A DNA stretch of 64,000 nt from Paraspadella gotoi (GCA_051294375.1 CM119263.1:5082740-5146739); one strand, 5' to 3'. Shown: positions 18,958-32,427, numbered from the stretch's first letter. Made by a program: numbers and translations. Notes: a model not told the origin generated them from the sequence alone.

Positions 18958-19519
18958 CCGCGTTTATCTCGCACCTTGAACCATGGTCTTCTTCCTTCCT
19001 TTTTATTTTCCTCATTTCCCGCACACCGAGTCATAACTTTGTCTCGTTTGAGCCGAAAAAAAAAAGAGAAGAAAAAAACCTGCGTCTATTAAGATTGAAT
19101 TTCTATTCTTTGCCTTTCATCGACAGGCCTTCATTTGGCAGGCGATTATGTCAGGCGCTTCTGTCATTCACAATCTTAATGACTTTTTTAGTCTCAAACG
19201 AAGAGTTCGTAATTTTATGAACACTGAACATAAACATAAACATAAACAATCGAACGATCAAACGAAGGTGCAAGAAAAACTGAAGATCTCTTTTCGTTGA
19301 ATGATTTCAGGGGAGCAATGACTCGAGAGAAACGATCGCCTGCCCATCGTAGTCCGTAGTCTTACTATCAGTGAACACCGATGGGGTTCGAACCCCGGAC
19401 CGATTGGCAGAAAGATAAGTAAGGGGAAGGGAGAACTCACCAGGCATGGGTAAGGGAAAACGCGAAACGAGGAGAGACGGGACAACGAAGAGGATTTCAT
19501 CTCAACTGTTCGGTTTGTT

Positions 19520-19622
19520 TGCCGTTGCCAATGACGACAGTTTTGTTTACCGTTGCCAATGACGACAATTTTGTTTATCGTTGCCAATGACGACAGTTTT
19601 GTTTACCGTTACCAATAACGAC
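19520..19622. repeat. 28-bp tandem repeat (GTTGCCAATGACGACAGTTTTGTTTACC)
   Basis: About 3.5 direct copies. Confidence 0.85.
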
Positions 19623-20211
19623 GCCGCCGATTCGAATCGTTTGTTTATTTTTTTGCGTCGTTCACCGGAAATATTTTATCGGACATAATTCATCGTTTTA
19701 TGATCCTCAGAGAGTCTTTTGTTTTGTTTTTTTTTAGGTTGGGATTTTAAATTTTTGGCACGAGATGACGCTCTCCCTTTTTTTAAAGATTTTTTTTTTT
19801 AAATTTTCGACGAAACTTTGTTTGAGAATGAGTCATTTGATTTCTTTCTTTTTTCTTTCTTTATTTCTCCAATTCTACTGAAAAACAAAACTTTTATTAC
19901 GTTTTTTTTTTATTTTAAAAAAAAATATTTTTTTTAAATTTTCCGCCAAACACGAAACAAAAAAATTATTTTCTTTTTTTTCTTTTTCGTCAAATTACGA
20001 TCTTTTTCGTAAAAATCCTCGAGTTTGTCAAACACACGTGTTGCTTCCACCGACAAAACACAGAAACTTCAATTTTGTTTTCTTTTTTTTTCTTATCTAA
20101 AATTGTTTTTCTCTTTTTCTTTTAGATGGAATTATTTCGTTTTTTGAGGGTTTTTTTTTCTTTCTTCTTTTTTTTTTTTTTGATTCCGCGCCTGCAATGC
20201 GGGCGAAGGGA

Positions 20212-20290
<79 letters not shown>

Positions 20291-20431
20291 CAACAGAAAA
20301 TGCGTGCAGGCAATTGAGAGAGAGACAGAGACAGAGACAGAGACAGATCCTGAATTTATAGATTAAAACGCGAGGGAAGTCAAGTGAATTTCGTAAATAT
20401 ATTGTTTTTCTTTCACCGTTTTCTTTTTAAT

Positions 20432-20509
<78 letters not shown>

Positions 20510-21051
20510 AAATTTGTTAGACTTTATTCGGTCACGACTTCAATTTTTCCCCTTTGTTTTCTTATTTTCTTCTTCTTTCGGTTTTAAAAACTTAAACTTT
20601 ATGTTTCGAAATCTTTAATCTTTTTTTTTTTCTTTTTCCTTTTTTGTTTTCTATAAATTCAAGCTTCTTTTGTTCGTCAGAGACAAAAAAAAGTTTTAAA
20701 AAAAAGAAAGAAAGAGAAAAAAAAATACGCGGCCCGAATCTCTTTTTTTTTTTTGTCCGAAACGATTTTTGAATTGGAGAAGATTTTGCGAAGTCAGGAA
20801 ATCAATTTTTAAAAAAATAATATAAAATTAAGATCAGAGTTAAAAAACAAAGCAACTTAACAAAGTAGGAATTTTGAACCTTTTCATTATATATGGAACG
20901 TAGCCTGTTTATAATTTCTGGGAGATAAAAGTTATGTCTAGTAAAATTCGATTAATATTGGTCTTCTCGAACGTTATATAGTTCATTATCAAGTTAGCCT
21001 TTTCTATAGGATCAGTTAAATTTTCTAGAGAAAGAAAAAAAATAATAATAG

Positions 21052-21143
<92 letters not shown>

Positions 21144-21510
21144 CCAACCCGAAAGTAAATATTGAAATTTCAAGGATAAATAACTTGAAAATTGCAAACA
21201 CACAAATATTTAAATTGGATTTCCGATTTTTCACGTGTACAAGTTAAACAAAAGAGAGATAAAACTGAGTTTGATTTTGTCGCGAGTTTAAGTATTGCTT
21301 CAGTTGTACTCTATTAATCATTGTTAAGGAGAAAATTTAATTAGTTCATTTTAAACTTGTTAAATTGAGAAACATTTAAAAAGCAAAAAATAAAATCAAT
21401 CCTATGTTTAAGTATATGGACATGTTCGGAAAGATTCACGTGAGATTGTTTAATATTATTTTTAAACTAAAAAAAGTAATTGTTAAACGTCGCTTGACGC
21501 GACTGAAAGA

Positions 21511-21574
21511 TTGAAAGATTCCACACACAATTGAAAGATTCCACACACAATTGAAAGATTCCACACACAATTGA
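21511..21574. repeat. 20-bp tandem repeat (TTGAAAGATTCCACACACAA)x3
   Basis: Three exact copies. Confidence 0.9.
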
Positions 21575-22369
21575 TCCTTTGTCGTTTGACTCGCAACTCA
21601 AACTTGTTTAAGCTCTTATCTCAGTTCCCTAAATCATTGATTAAAACATTTTTATTTCCTGTCTGACACTGACTTGTGTTGATTTAAAACCTCGACTCTG
21701 ATTGGTTAAAACGGAATCGAGGCTAAACAAAAGGGAAAAGAAATACGTAGCGACATCTTCTAAATTGTCAATTTGATCAAGATAGAAGATACAATTAAAG
21801 CAATTTTGTAATAGTATAAATGATAATATAAGAACTGTTCGTCTTTGAGAAAGCGGGGACTACCGCTACGACGACGACGACGACGACGACAATGTCGATG
21901 AGGAGTCGCTCAGGCCGGGCTGAGTTACAATCCCGTATTTATGAAGCTTAATTTAAACTTTTTTAAATGTACTTCAAGCATTGTATAATCAAGAATAACC
22001 TACTTAAACGCTCAACATTGTTCTCTCGTAAACTTTACGAAATATTATTATATAATAACAATAATCATATTATAATTTTGTTTTGACCATTAGCTTAACT
22101 TTCGATGAATTTCTAAAGGATTATATTTTGTATAAATAGAACATCAAATAGAAAACAACGCATATTCTATAGTTTATGTATGTGCATATCTCAATGTTTT
22201 ACTTTTGAATTATACAAATTTCCATCGAAGTTGTCAATTGAAAAAATCGCCTTTACTTTTGAATGAGGTTAATGGGACAATGAACGAGATACTGAAAAGA
22301 CATTCTGAGGTCTTAATGTTGTAGTTTCTCTTTCATTCTTCATATTTATTTCTTTCTTTTTCTTCCTTT

Positions 22370-22464
<95 letters not shown>

Positions 22465-22604
22465 CTCTCTCTCCTCTCTCTATTTTTCTATTAATCACAC
22501 AGAGACACAGTTTCCTTAGAACGAGGGTTTTTGCGCCATTATAAATAATAAAGGCTTCTTGAGACGCATCATTTAACGAAAACGACTTTGAAAAGGAAGA
22601 TTGA

Positions 22605-22682
<78 letters not shown>

Positions 22683-22772
22683 TTAGACAGTAGAAATTTC
22701 ATTTATTCCTGATTCTCATTTAGACTTTTTTCTCTTTTTTCTCTTTCTCTCTTTCTCTCTTTCTCTCTTCTC

Positions 22773-22833
<61 letters not shown>

Positions 22834-25322
22834 CTTTCTCTTTCCGAGACTGGTAAAAAACATTTCTTCATTCCATCTGATTAATATTCTTCGCGATCCA
22901 TTTTCCCTGACTCCTGCTCCTCCTCCTCTTCCTCCTCCTTCTCCTCTTTCCTTTGGTTTGCACCGACAGATTTTTGACATAAAAAGAAAAAAAAATTTCA
23001 AAAATTTTTACAAAAGAAAAGAAAAATTATATTAAATTTTTTTTTTTTATATTTTTGTTCTCTTTTGAGAGAAAAAAGGAAAATAAGTCAATTTCCGATT
23101 TTCGTGTTTTCGTGAATTTTCTCGCTTTTTGGATTAATTTATTCTTTCTTTTCTTTTTTAAATAGTAAAAACGACAAATATGTACAACGGATGTGCTGGC
23201 AAGAAAATTTCTTTTATTAACCAACGTATTCTGCACTTGTTTAACAACGTTCCTTTACTTAATTTTGAGTTTTAATTGTCTAATCCCTCCCTTCGGTCTA
23301 TCGGGGTAACCTAACTCAGTAAGGTGGTTCACAAATTTGAATAAAGCAACTGCTCCATCGAAAATTTTTTTAAAAATTTGAATAGACAATTTTTTTTAAA
23401 TATTACTCTTTACACTATGATCGAAGTGAACGTTAAAATCGGAAAAATTATACTAATGGTAATATTATGGCATATTCGGATAGCTTAACCAGAGTTATTC
23501 TTGAAAACTTTAGAGGTTCTTCTCATAAAATCTTAATATTTCCAAAAAGGACAAAAATGTTACATTTTATTTTTTTACGATTCCTAAAGATGACCCTAAA
23601 CCTACGCGCATTTTTTTAGCTTGTTTTAATTTTTTTTACTCTCAAATCCGTATTTAATTTAAACCAAAATTTAAAGAGCAATTTGATTACATCATTTAAG
23701 CAAGGAAGTTAATAATTCTAACGTGTTTTTAACTACTAATTTTTGAAAAAGATGGACGTATCAAAATAGAGATTGAGTAAAATTATAAATTGAAGTTTAC
23801 AAGATATGTTTTTTTTTTAGCATTTTCGTTCTTTTAAAGAAAACGTTTGATTTAGGTTCAATCCATTTATTAAATTTTTTACATAAAAAATTTTAACAAG
23901 ATTTAATGTAACTCAATATTCATGATTACTTATGTCTTTTTTCCCTTCTCTCTCTGTCTCTCTCTGTCTGTCTCTGTTCCTTTATTCTACCAAATTTACA
24001 ATTATTTTATTTTAGAAGACGTTTGAATTATTTTTACAATGATTTAATTGTATCAAAACGAACATGTTTCGGCTTACATTCAAGCCTTCAATAAAATCGT
24101 TGTAAAAATAATTCAAACCTCTTCTAATATCATAACCGAAACGAAAAGAAAGGAAATCACGAATTATTTTATTTAAAAAAAAATTACTAACGTCTTTGTC
24201 ATGAAGACAATTTAGTTTTCTTAACCACTTCAAAATCGTAGTTAAAAAAATAATTTACTTAGTAAATGGTTCTTATCGAAGTGTTAGGAAAAAAATTAAT
24301 TTGAAAATCATTTTGGCATTTACTCATTTTGCGGATCGTTGCGGATGAAATCCCGAACACATCAAGTGCGTTATAATATCAATCATTATATTTAATTAGA
24401 ATGGTAGGGATTCCCCATGATTCCCTATATATTTTAAGCTAGTTTTCAAAAACTTAGATACAGTAAAAACTTTTTAGAAAAATTTGTATTTAATCCATGC
24501 TTTATTAAGATTTTAAAAAAAAGTAAATTCATCATAAGTTCCTGGAATATAGCTCGACAAAGTGAGTCTAAAATAGAGAAATGCCTTATATCTCCTAAAG
24601 AAATGATTTTTGACAACTGATACCCTTTTTCCGAGAAAAAAAATTATTTCGATGATAGTGCTATACCCCATATATTAATTTTTAAATATTTATTCATAAA
24701 TAAGAAAGGCTAAATTTTTTTTTAAGATTTTTTTTACTTTTAAGATCAGATTCAGGTAGCTTACAAAAAGTTGTCCACACAAAGTATAATTCTTTTTTCT
24801 ATATTTTTATCATAAGTGGGTGAAAAATATGAAAAATTATTAAGTAGAATCATCATAATCATATTTTGATAATTTTATTATTTTTTCTTAATTTTGACCA
24901 AGAAAACATAAGAATTTTTGAAAGTTGTAGTTACATTTTTTATTTAACTTTTTATGCTCTGTCAGAATCCATCAAAAAACTAAAGATTGTTTAAAAATAA
25001 TTTTTATCTTTATATAGTAATATTGTAATTTTGAATACAATAATAAAAGCATTAAAATCTAACTTTTAAAAAAAATTCTTTATTTACCTGAAAGTAGACT
25101 TCAAGACTAAAGTTTCGATCCCCCGCCCGTATTGAATTTAATTTCATAGTAGAAAATAGTTCTCTACTTCAAGAATGATTACGAAACTATTTGGAAAAAT
25201 AATGATTTTTAATCTATTTTTAAAGGTTATATGCGTTATTCTTCTCTTCACTTCACTTCAAACTCTTAATTTGTTTTCTCCCTTCAGAAATCTAAGCGCA
25301 GCTGGATTCGTAAGCGAAACTT

Positions 25323-25416
25323 ATGACAGCATCGATGACACAACCGCTGATAGCAGCGATGACAGAATCGCTGACAGAATCAACGATAGAGAAGAAGCCG
25401 ACGACGAAAGGGAAAA
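25323..25416 (+). CDS. Patatin-TPR gene, first coding exon (MTASMTQPLIAAMTESLTESTIEKKPTTKGK)
   Basis: Acceptor ttgttttctcccttcag ends at 25287. In-frame TAA stops at 25293 and 25311 precede ATG 25323. Donor GTAAAA at 25417 is phase 1, matching the phase-1 acceptor at 25744 (A+CG = Thr). The donor is only moderately strong. Confidence 0.65.
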
Positions 25417-28416
25417 GTAAAATGGGAAAAATCAATAAAATAATTGAATAAAAGTAGAAATCAACGAACTTTGGTTGTCAGACATTTTTGACTTTTTTAA
25501 AACAAAACAAAAAAGATCGTAGGAAGTACGTATAACTTTTCCTTTGCTCCTCTTGGTCTCTCTCTATCTTTCTCCTCTCTTCTTTTCCCTCTCTTCCCCG
25601 CCTCTACTTTTTTCTTCTCTCTTCTTACCTTCCCTCTACCCTCTTCTCCCTCTCTCCCCTATCCCTCCTCTCTCTCCCTCTCTATCCCTCTCTCTTCTCC
25701 CCTCTCCTCTCCCCTCTTTCCTCCCCCCCCGTCTTTCCAAACAGCGACGAAGCTGCTCTGTTTCGACGGCGGCGGCAGTCGCGGCGTCATCCAAGTTCAG
25801 ATTCTCTCTGATCTTTTAAAAGCGGCGTCATTCCTGCGACGCCGCCCTCGCCGGTTAACGCCGGTTCTGAAATCTCCGGCGATGAGATGTGCGAAGAATC
25901 GCGCCGAGTTGAGGGCGATGTTGGACGAGGGAGAGACTGACAAGGAAGCCGACAACGACGCCGACAAAGATTCCGACAACGACCCCGACAACGACTCCGA
26001 CTCAGCCTCATCAATCTTCGATATGATCGTCGGAACGTCAACCGGCGCCCTCATCGCTTTCGCTCTCGTGGGCGGCGTCGAAATCAAAGGGCGCCGGTTT
26101 CCCATGCCATGCAACGCCATCCAACGCATGTACGCGCGCGCAATGCCATTGACGTTCTCTCGACCGGCGTCATCCCGATGGCGTCCGTGGGTTTTGCTAG
26201 ATAATGCCGCTCAGCGTCTCCTCGGTTGGCGCCTGACGCCGCTTCCGCTCTCGGGCGTCGACTCAATCAACGCCGCGATGTACCGTAACGCCCTCTTGAG
26301 TGACTTTCCCCGTCGGTGCGTCGCCGGCGCCGTGGCGCTAAAATTGCGCGCCTGTGTGGGTCAGGCCGACGAGCCGACGCTTTTCGACACGGCGTCGGTA
26401 GGCGACGCCGCTTGGCGCGTGGCCGACGTTCTGCGCGCCTGTTGCGACGCGCCGATATTGTTCGAGACGCCGGTTCATCTAGGCGTTGATTCCTACGTCG
26501 ACGGCGCTCTCGGCAGCAACTGTCCGGTCGAAGCGGCGCTGAAGCGGCTGAAGGAAGACGGCGCCGATAATCTCCTCGTGATTTCCATCGCGGCGCCGCC
26601 CGGTTCTATCGCAGAGTCGTCTGATTCCACCATGGCTCCGCCTAACTTCAGTGTCGTCCCGAAATCCGGCGTCGCTCAGATTCGCTTTTGGGTCTCGTGG
26701 ATCCTGAATAGTGTTGTCGACGGCGACGAAGTCTTTCGTCGAGCAAAGGAGAATAACGAGGGAATGTTCTTAAGGCTAAGACCCCATTCGGAGAGGTGGG
26801 TTTAATATTCGGTTTGTAGTAAGAATATAATATATAAATATTTTGCCAAGTTCTTCTTGTTACACTTAGGAAAGGAAGTATGTGTTTTAACTCCATAAAG
26901 AATCTCAAAACTAACTTAGTATTTTTATTGTTAGAAAATAAAATACTACAATATGCAAATGAGTTTGGATATTCGTTCCCATCCTAACAGAGTCGCCGCC
27001 TTTCCCATCGACACCGTCGACGCCACATCCATGATCTCCGCCATTCGCGACGAGAGTCTTCAAGACGCCCGCTACTTTGAGGACGTCCTCGCCGCCGCAG
27101 CCGTCTTGACGATCCACTCGGGCCAGGCTGCGACCGCAGAGGTTCGAGGCTGCGTCGTTCGACTGGCGACGGCCTTGGCGGAAGCTGGTCGCTCAAAGGA
27201 GGCGGAGGAGGTTGCGGCGGTGGTATTGAAATTTATGGAGGACAGCGACGTCGACGACGACGTCGACGACCGATTCCAACTTCTGCGCATTTTGGGATTT
27301 TGTGCCGCAACCAGAGGACGGAACCGCGAAGCGTTGCGAAAATACGATGTGGCATTGTCAGAAGTCGTTGATGACAGCAATAACAATGACCAATTGCAAG
27401 GAATCGAAAATGAAGCCTCTCTGCTGCAGATTAGGATAGAGAGAGCAGCCTGTCTGCAAAGAAAAGGCCATTTGTCTGAGGCGATGACTGAGTTTAAATC
27501 TTGTCTTCAAATTGTCAATGGTTCAGTGAAGATTACTCAGGAAGAGAGGACACCTTCTCCCCATCAAAGGATCAACGTAGAGAAAGAGACGGAGGCTTGG
27601 TGTCACCAAATGATGGGAGATTGTCTGCGTGAGATGGGGGATCTTGACCAAGCGTTGGACCACACTCGCCGAAGCGTGGAGATCCTTGGAAGGGTCTGTC
27701 GATTTGATCAAGATGCGATGGTTCAGAAGATTTCCTGTAAAAATCTTTGCTGCAAATTTATGATCGATGATGTAGCAGCGAGATGTTCTCCAGCTCAAGC
27801 TGATGGCGAGACTTCAGCGTTTCTTCGCGTCTACATGGATTTAGCGAGTTGCTACAATTCGTTGGCGATGTGCTATTTGGAGATGGCAAAGGAAGGTTCC
27901 TTCTCTGCTTTCTCTGCCACTTCTGACAAAATTTCCACTTCTGACAAAGTTGGCTCTTCTTTAACTTTTGACGCAGTTGCCTTTTCCGACAAAGTTGCCT
28001 CTTCTAATACTTCTGGCAAATTTTTAACTTCTGCCACTTCGGATGAAGTTGCCATTCCCGCCATCGCCTTTGCAATCGACGCACTCTTAACCGCTGGAGC
28101 CATCGTCTTCTCCGTCATCGGATTTGACGCCGATCATCCCGCCCTTTCTTGTCTCTTTAACAACATGGGCGTCGCCATCTTGGATCGAGCGGCAATTTCC
28201 GCCGCCGCCAACTCCGACACCGCCGCCGCCGCTGCCGCCCTTCTCATTGGCCAAAGTCTAACGGCGAATCGTCGCTGGTCCAACGACGAAGTCGACGCCA
28301 CAGTCGCCGTCAATCTGAGGAATTTGGCGCGAGCCGCCACGGGAAGTGGGCGTGTCTACGAGGCGTCGACGCTCAAAAAAATGGCGGAGGCGATAGAGAA
28401 AAGGTTGAGGGGTTAG
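25323..28416 (+). CDS. Patatin-like phospholipase domain + C-terminal TPR repeats; spliced model join(25323..25416,25745..26795,26991..28416), 2571 nt = 856 aa + stop
   Basis: Reading ORF 25882 upstream in the same frame gives KLLCFDGGGSRG (GxGxxG, 25765-25785), then FDMIVGTSTG (Ser codon 26038-26040), ACCDAPILF, SYVDGALGSNCP (Asp codon 26500-26502) and FLRLRP. Both introns are GT-AG with matching phases, and the exon total is divisible by 3. Exon 3 has TPR-like helices (e.g. AWCHQMMGDCLREMGDLDQALDHTRRSVEIL, HPALSCLFNNMG, VAVNLRNLARAATGSGRVYEA). Confidence 0.9.
25745..26795 (+). CDS. Patatin-TPR gene exon 2 (patatin catalytic domain)
   Basis: Preceded by a ~200-nt CT-rich tract ending ccaaacag. 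Open frame carrying all patatin motifs. Ends at donor AG|GTGGGT (26796), phase 2. Confidence 0.9.
26991..28416 (+). CDS. Patatin-TPR gene exon 3 (end of patatin fold, TPR repeats, stop)
   Basis: Acceptor cccatcctaacag ends at 26990; AG+A = Arg joins in frame to ORF 26953..28416. Contains about six TPR-like units and ends at TAG. Confidence 0.88.
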
Positions 28417-28736
28417 AGGACGCGGGGGTGGGGGAGGTGAAGAAGATGGTGGCGGGTGAAGGAAAGACCGGAAGTGACGTTAAATGTTGGGCGTGGCCGA
28501 AGGTCGATCAGTCTGACTCCACCCTTTTTGCGATTATTACGCCAAACATAGATAATAGTTATCGATTGAATTAATAATATTGGTTAAGTATTGTGGATTG
28601 TAATTTCTTGTCAAATTTCGTTTAAATTAAAATTATGAAAACTCAAGTCATGAAACTAAAATTTTCTTTTTCGTTTTATTCTTGCGTCTAAAGACTGAAA
28701 TATCTTTTTTCCTTCTTCTTTCCCTCTGTCTCTCTA

Positions 28737-28832
<96 letters not shown>

Positions 28833-29148
28833 TCTCTCTCTCTTTCTCTCTATCCCCTCACCCTCCCCATTTCTCTCTCCCCCCATTATTTCTTGCTCTT
28901 CCCCTTTTACCTCCCCCCCCCAATCCCTTCTTCCATCAATTTTCAATGATGGAAAAATCAGTTTCTCATTATCGATGAAAGATTGAGAGCGAGATAGAAG
29001 AGAGAGAGAGAGAGAGGGAGGAGGGAGGAGAAAAAAAAGAGAGGTTGAGAGAATGGGATTCAAGAAAAGTAAAAGAAAAGAAAAGAAAAGAAAAGAAAAG
29101 AAAAGAAAAGAAAAGAAAAGAAAAGAAAAGAAAAGAAAAGAAAAGAAA

Positions 29149-29180
<32 letters not shown>

Positions 29181-29546
29181 TATGGGAGGAGAAAAAAAGA
29201 GAGGGGGAGAGAATGAGAGAATGGAAGAAAAGAAAAGAAAAGAGAGAGAGAGAGAGAGACGCTTTGAATAATTGTGTTTTAAGGTTATGTGGGCGTAGGG
29301 TAACAATGAGTAGGAGATAAAAGAAGAAAAAAGGGGAAAAATGAGTCAGAAAATTAATAAAAAAAGAAAAGAAAAGGAAAGAAAATAAATTAAATGGAAT
29401 CGCTTTTTACTGATCACGTGATGAACTGAGAGTCACTCATTCATTGAACCTTATTGTCTTAATTGACTTAACCTGATTCATTTTTGTATCCTGAGCCACA
29501 CCGATCCATCGGAACCGAAATGAAGTCTTAATAACTCACTCAGGTG

Positions 29547-29665
<119 letters not shown>

Positions 29666-30030
29666 TGACGAAAGGTCGTCAAAAATAGTCCGTTGGTCAA
29701 AGATGAACGAACTCCTTTCGCTGTGAAAAAAATGGAGGAGAAAAAAAAAGGTAAAATAAATGTAATCATGTCAGCATCTGTCCGTTTGTTAATCTAAATT
29801 TAATCATCATTATACAAAACTTTCTGTAAGTTGACGCCTCGAACGCGCGATCCATGAAGCACAACCATGTAATAATCGTGTTATATGTACGTAGAAGTAA
29901 GTTTGTTTATGTTTGTATATCTCCTTCTCCTTCGCTTTCATAACACTCTACCCTTTGCCTCCTCCTCCTCCTCCTCCTCCTTTTTCCACCTCAAGCCGCT
30001 GGTAAATGTGTCCATTTGAACGAGTTGCAA

Positions 30031-30106
<76 letters not shown>

Positions 30107-30244
30107 GAGAGAGAGAGAGAGAGAGAGTTGAAAGACAGGTGGAAGTGAAGGCAGAGAGTAAAGAAAAGAAAAGAAAGGAGCGCGAGGAAAGAAAGACAAG
30201 GGGAGTGATGGTTAACTGATGGTGCTGGATTGGGTGAAGGAGAC

Positions 30245-30345
30245 TGGGTGGAGGAGCGACGGGTGGAGGAGAGACGGGGTGGAAGAGCGACGGGGTGGAG
30301 GGGACGGGGTGGAAGAGCGACGGGGTGGAGGAGCGACGGGGTGGG
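30245..30345. repeat. ~16-bp G-rich tandem repeat (GGGGTGGAGGAGCGAC)n
   Basis: About six copies with repeated G-tracts. Confidence 0.8.
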
Positions 30346-30411
30346 AGGCGGAGCGATTCCCTTTGTCCCCTGTTGAGCTTTAGTTTCAGGTGATTGAGAT
30401 TCCGCCGACTC

Positions 30412-30465
<54 letters not shown>

Positions 30466-30759
30466 GCTCTCTCTCTCTCTCTCTCCCTCGCTCGTCAGCC
30501 AGAGAGTTTGGAATTTCTCGCCAGTCTATGATTGGCTGCCAATCATCCACGGCGTGGCCGTCGTCGTCGTTCGTCGTCGTGCGTCGTCGTCATTGTCTCG
30601 TCGTTTAGATATTATTTTTTTTGTTCTGGAATTTCATTATTAGTCTCCCAAAGTGCTCATTCTATTTTTTTTTTAATTTTGCTGTTCACTTTTTTATGAT
30701 ATGTATCTCTCTCTCTCTCTTCTTTATCCCTTTTCTCTCTCTCTCTCTACTCTATCTCT

Positions 30760-30815
<56 letters not shown>

Positions 30816-31035
30816 ACGACCCACGTCATTTTACCTTCGGCTAATTCCTATGGAAAAAAATTCCCCTCTTAATTTTTCTTTATCCCTCTCTCTGACTTTT
30901 CTTTTCTTCTCTCTTCGTCCTCTCTCTCTCTCTCTCTCTTCCTCTCTCTCGTCTCTTCTCTCTCTCTTTTGGTTGTTTCTTCCACCACGAGTTGGCGGAG
31001 GAAAATTTATAAAGTCAGCTTTTTCTTCTCTTTTT

Positions 31036-31106
<71 letters not shown>

Positions 31107-31617
31107 AAATGCCATCTTTTCTTCCGATTCGTTCCTCCTTCGCAGTGCTTTATCAGTTTCATCATCATCATCATCTTTATCCCCATTATTGTTACCATTT
31201 TTATTTTTATCATTATCATCTTTGTCATAATTATGTTTATCATTATCATTATTGTCATTATCATATTTTTTTATCATAATCATTGGCATCATTCTCTGTA
31301 TATTTAGCATTATCATTTTTATCACGATATCTTTATCAGTGTCATCTATGTCATTATCATTATCACTAAACTTATTTATTTCTGCAAATTTCCAACGACG
31401 TTCGGGAACGTTTCTTTTCCTCTCGCTCTCACTCTCTCTCTCTCGCTGACTCTCTCTCTCTCACTCTATCCTACCATCAATTTTATTAGCATAAAAATGT
31501 GTTGGTCGCCTGTGGAGACCGAAGCGAGAGAGGGGGGGGCGTAAAAGTATAAGCGGTCGTTCCTGTCGCGCTGACTTGTTAAGGGACAGAGTTGTGGTCA
31601 TCATTGGAAAAAGAATG

Positions 31618-31660
<43 letters not shown>

Positions 31661-31757
31661 TCTCTCTCTCTCTCTCTCTCTCTCATCTCTGATCCTTCGC
31701 CTTCGAACCGATTTGAATAAAAGCGTAAACAACGACGCGGGGAGAGAGAGAGAGAGT

Positions 31758-31809
<52 letters not shown>

Positions 31810-32382
31810 AGAGAGAGAGAGAGGAGACTTGGACGACAAAAAGAATATCATTAAGGGAAACATCATTATGCCCGAGCGGTCGGTCTACCAGCGGCAGCAC
31901 CGACGACGACGGCGGCGGCGGGCCGCGGCGGGCGGGCGGCGCGGCGGCGGCGGCGGCCGCGGCGCGGCGGCGGCGGGGGGGGAGAGTTAACTTGAGCGTT
32001 ATTCCCTGCAGTTAACTTTCTTTCTAAGCGGAAACGGTGAGCGGGGGTTTTGGGAAAAGTGACGCAAAATTGCGTTTTGTTGAAATAATTTGCATAACAC
32101 GATAAAATTGCAACTGAAGGAACTCAGTCTTTGACAAACGAAACCAAGAAACGTTTTCTTAAAGTTTGAAAATAGAAATAACAATGGATCTGTCTCTCAA
32201 TCTCTCATCTCCTCTTTTCTTTCTCTCCTTCCTCTCTCTCTCTTCTCTCTCTCTCCTCTCTTCTCTCTCTCTCTCTCTTGTCTCCTAGTGCGGCCTCTCG
32301 TCCCCTTCCCGCGTTTATCACATTCTGTTTGGGAGAGAAACCAAAATAAAAAGAGACATTTATTGAGGTCGCCGCCGGTCGC

Positions 32383-32418
<36 letters not shown>

Positions 32419-32427
32419 CTCTCTGTC

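Noticed and set aside
19380-19410. B-box-like GGGGTTCGAACCCC suggesting a tRNA or SINE
   Set aside because: No A-box or cloverleaf stems on either strand; at most a SINE remnant.
25882-26805. ORF 25882 and ORF 26953 as two separate genes with those start codons
   Set aside because: The GxGxxG motif lies upstream of 25882 in frame, and a phase-compatible intron joins the two ORFs; 26953-26990 is intronic.
25787-28340. Minus-strand ORFs overlapping the patatin-TPR gene
   Set aside because: They are antisense shadows of a GC-rich coding sequence.
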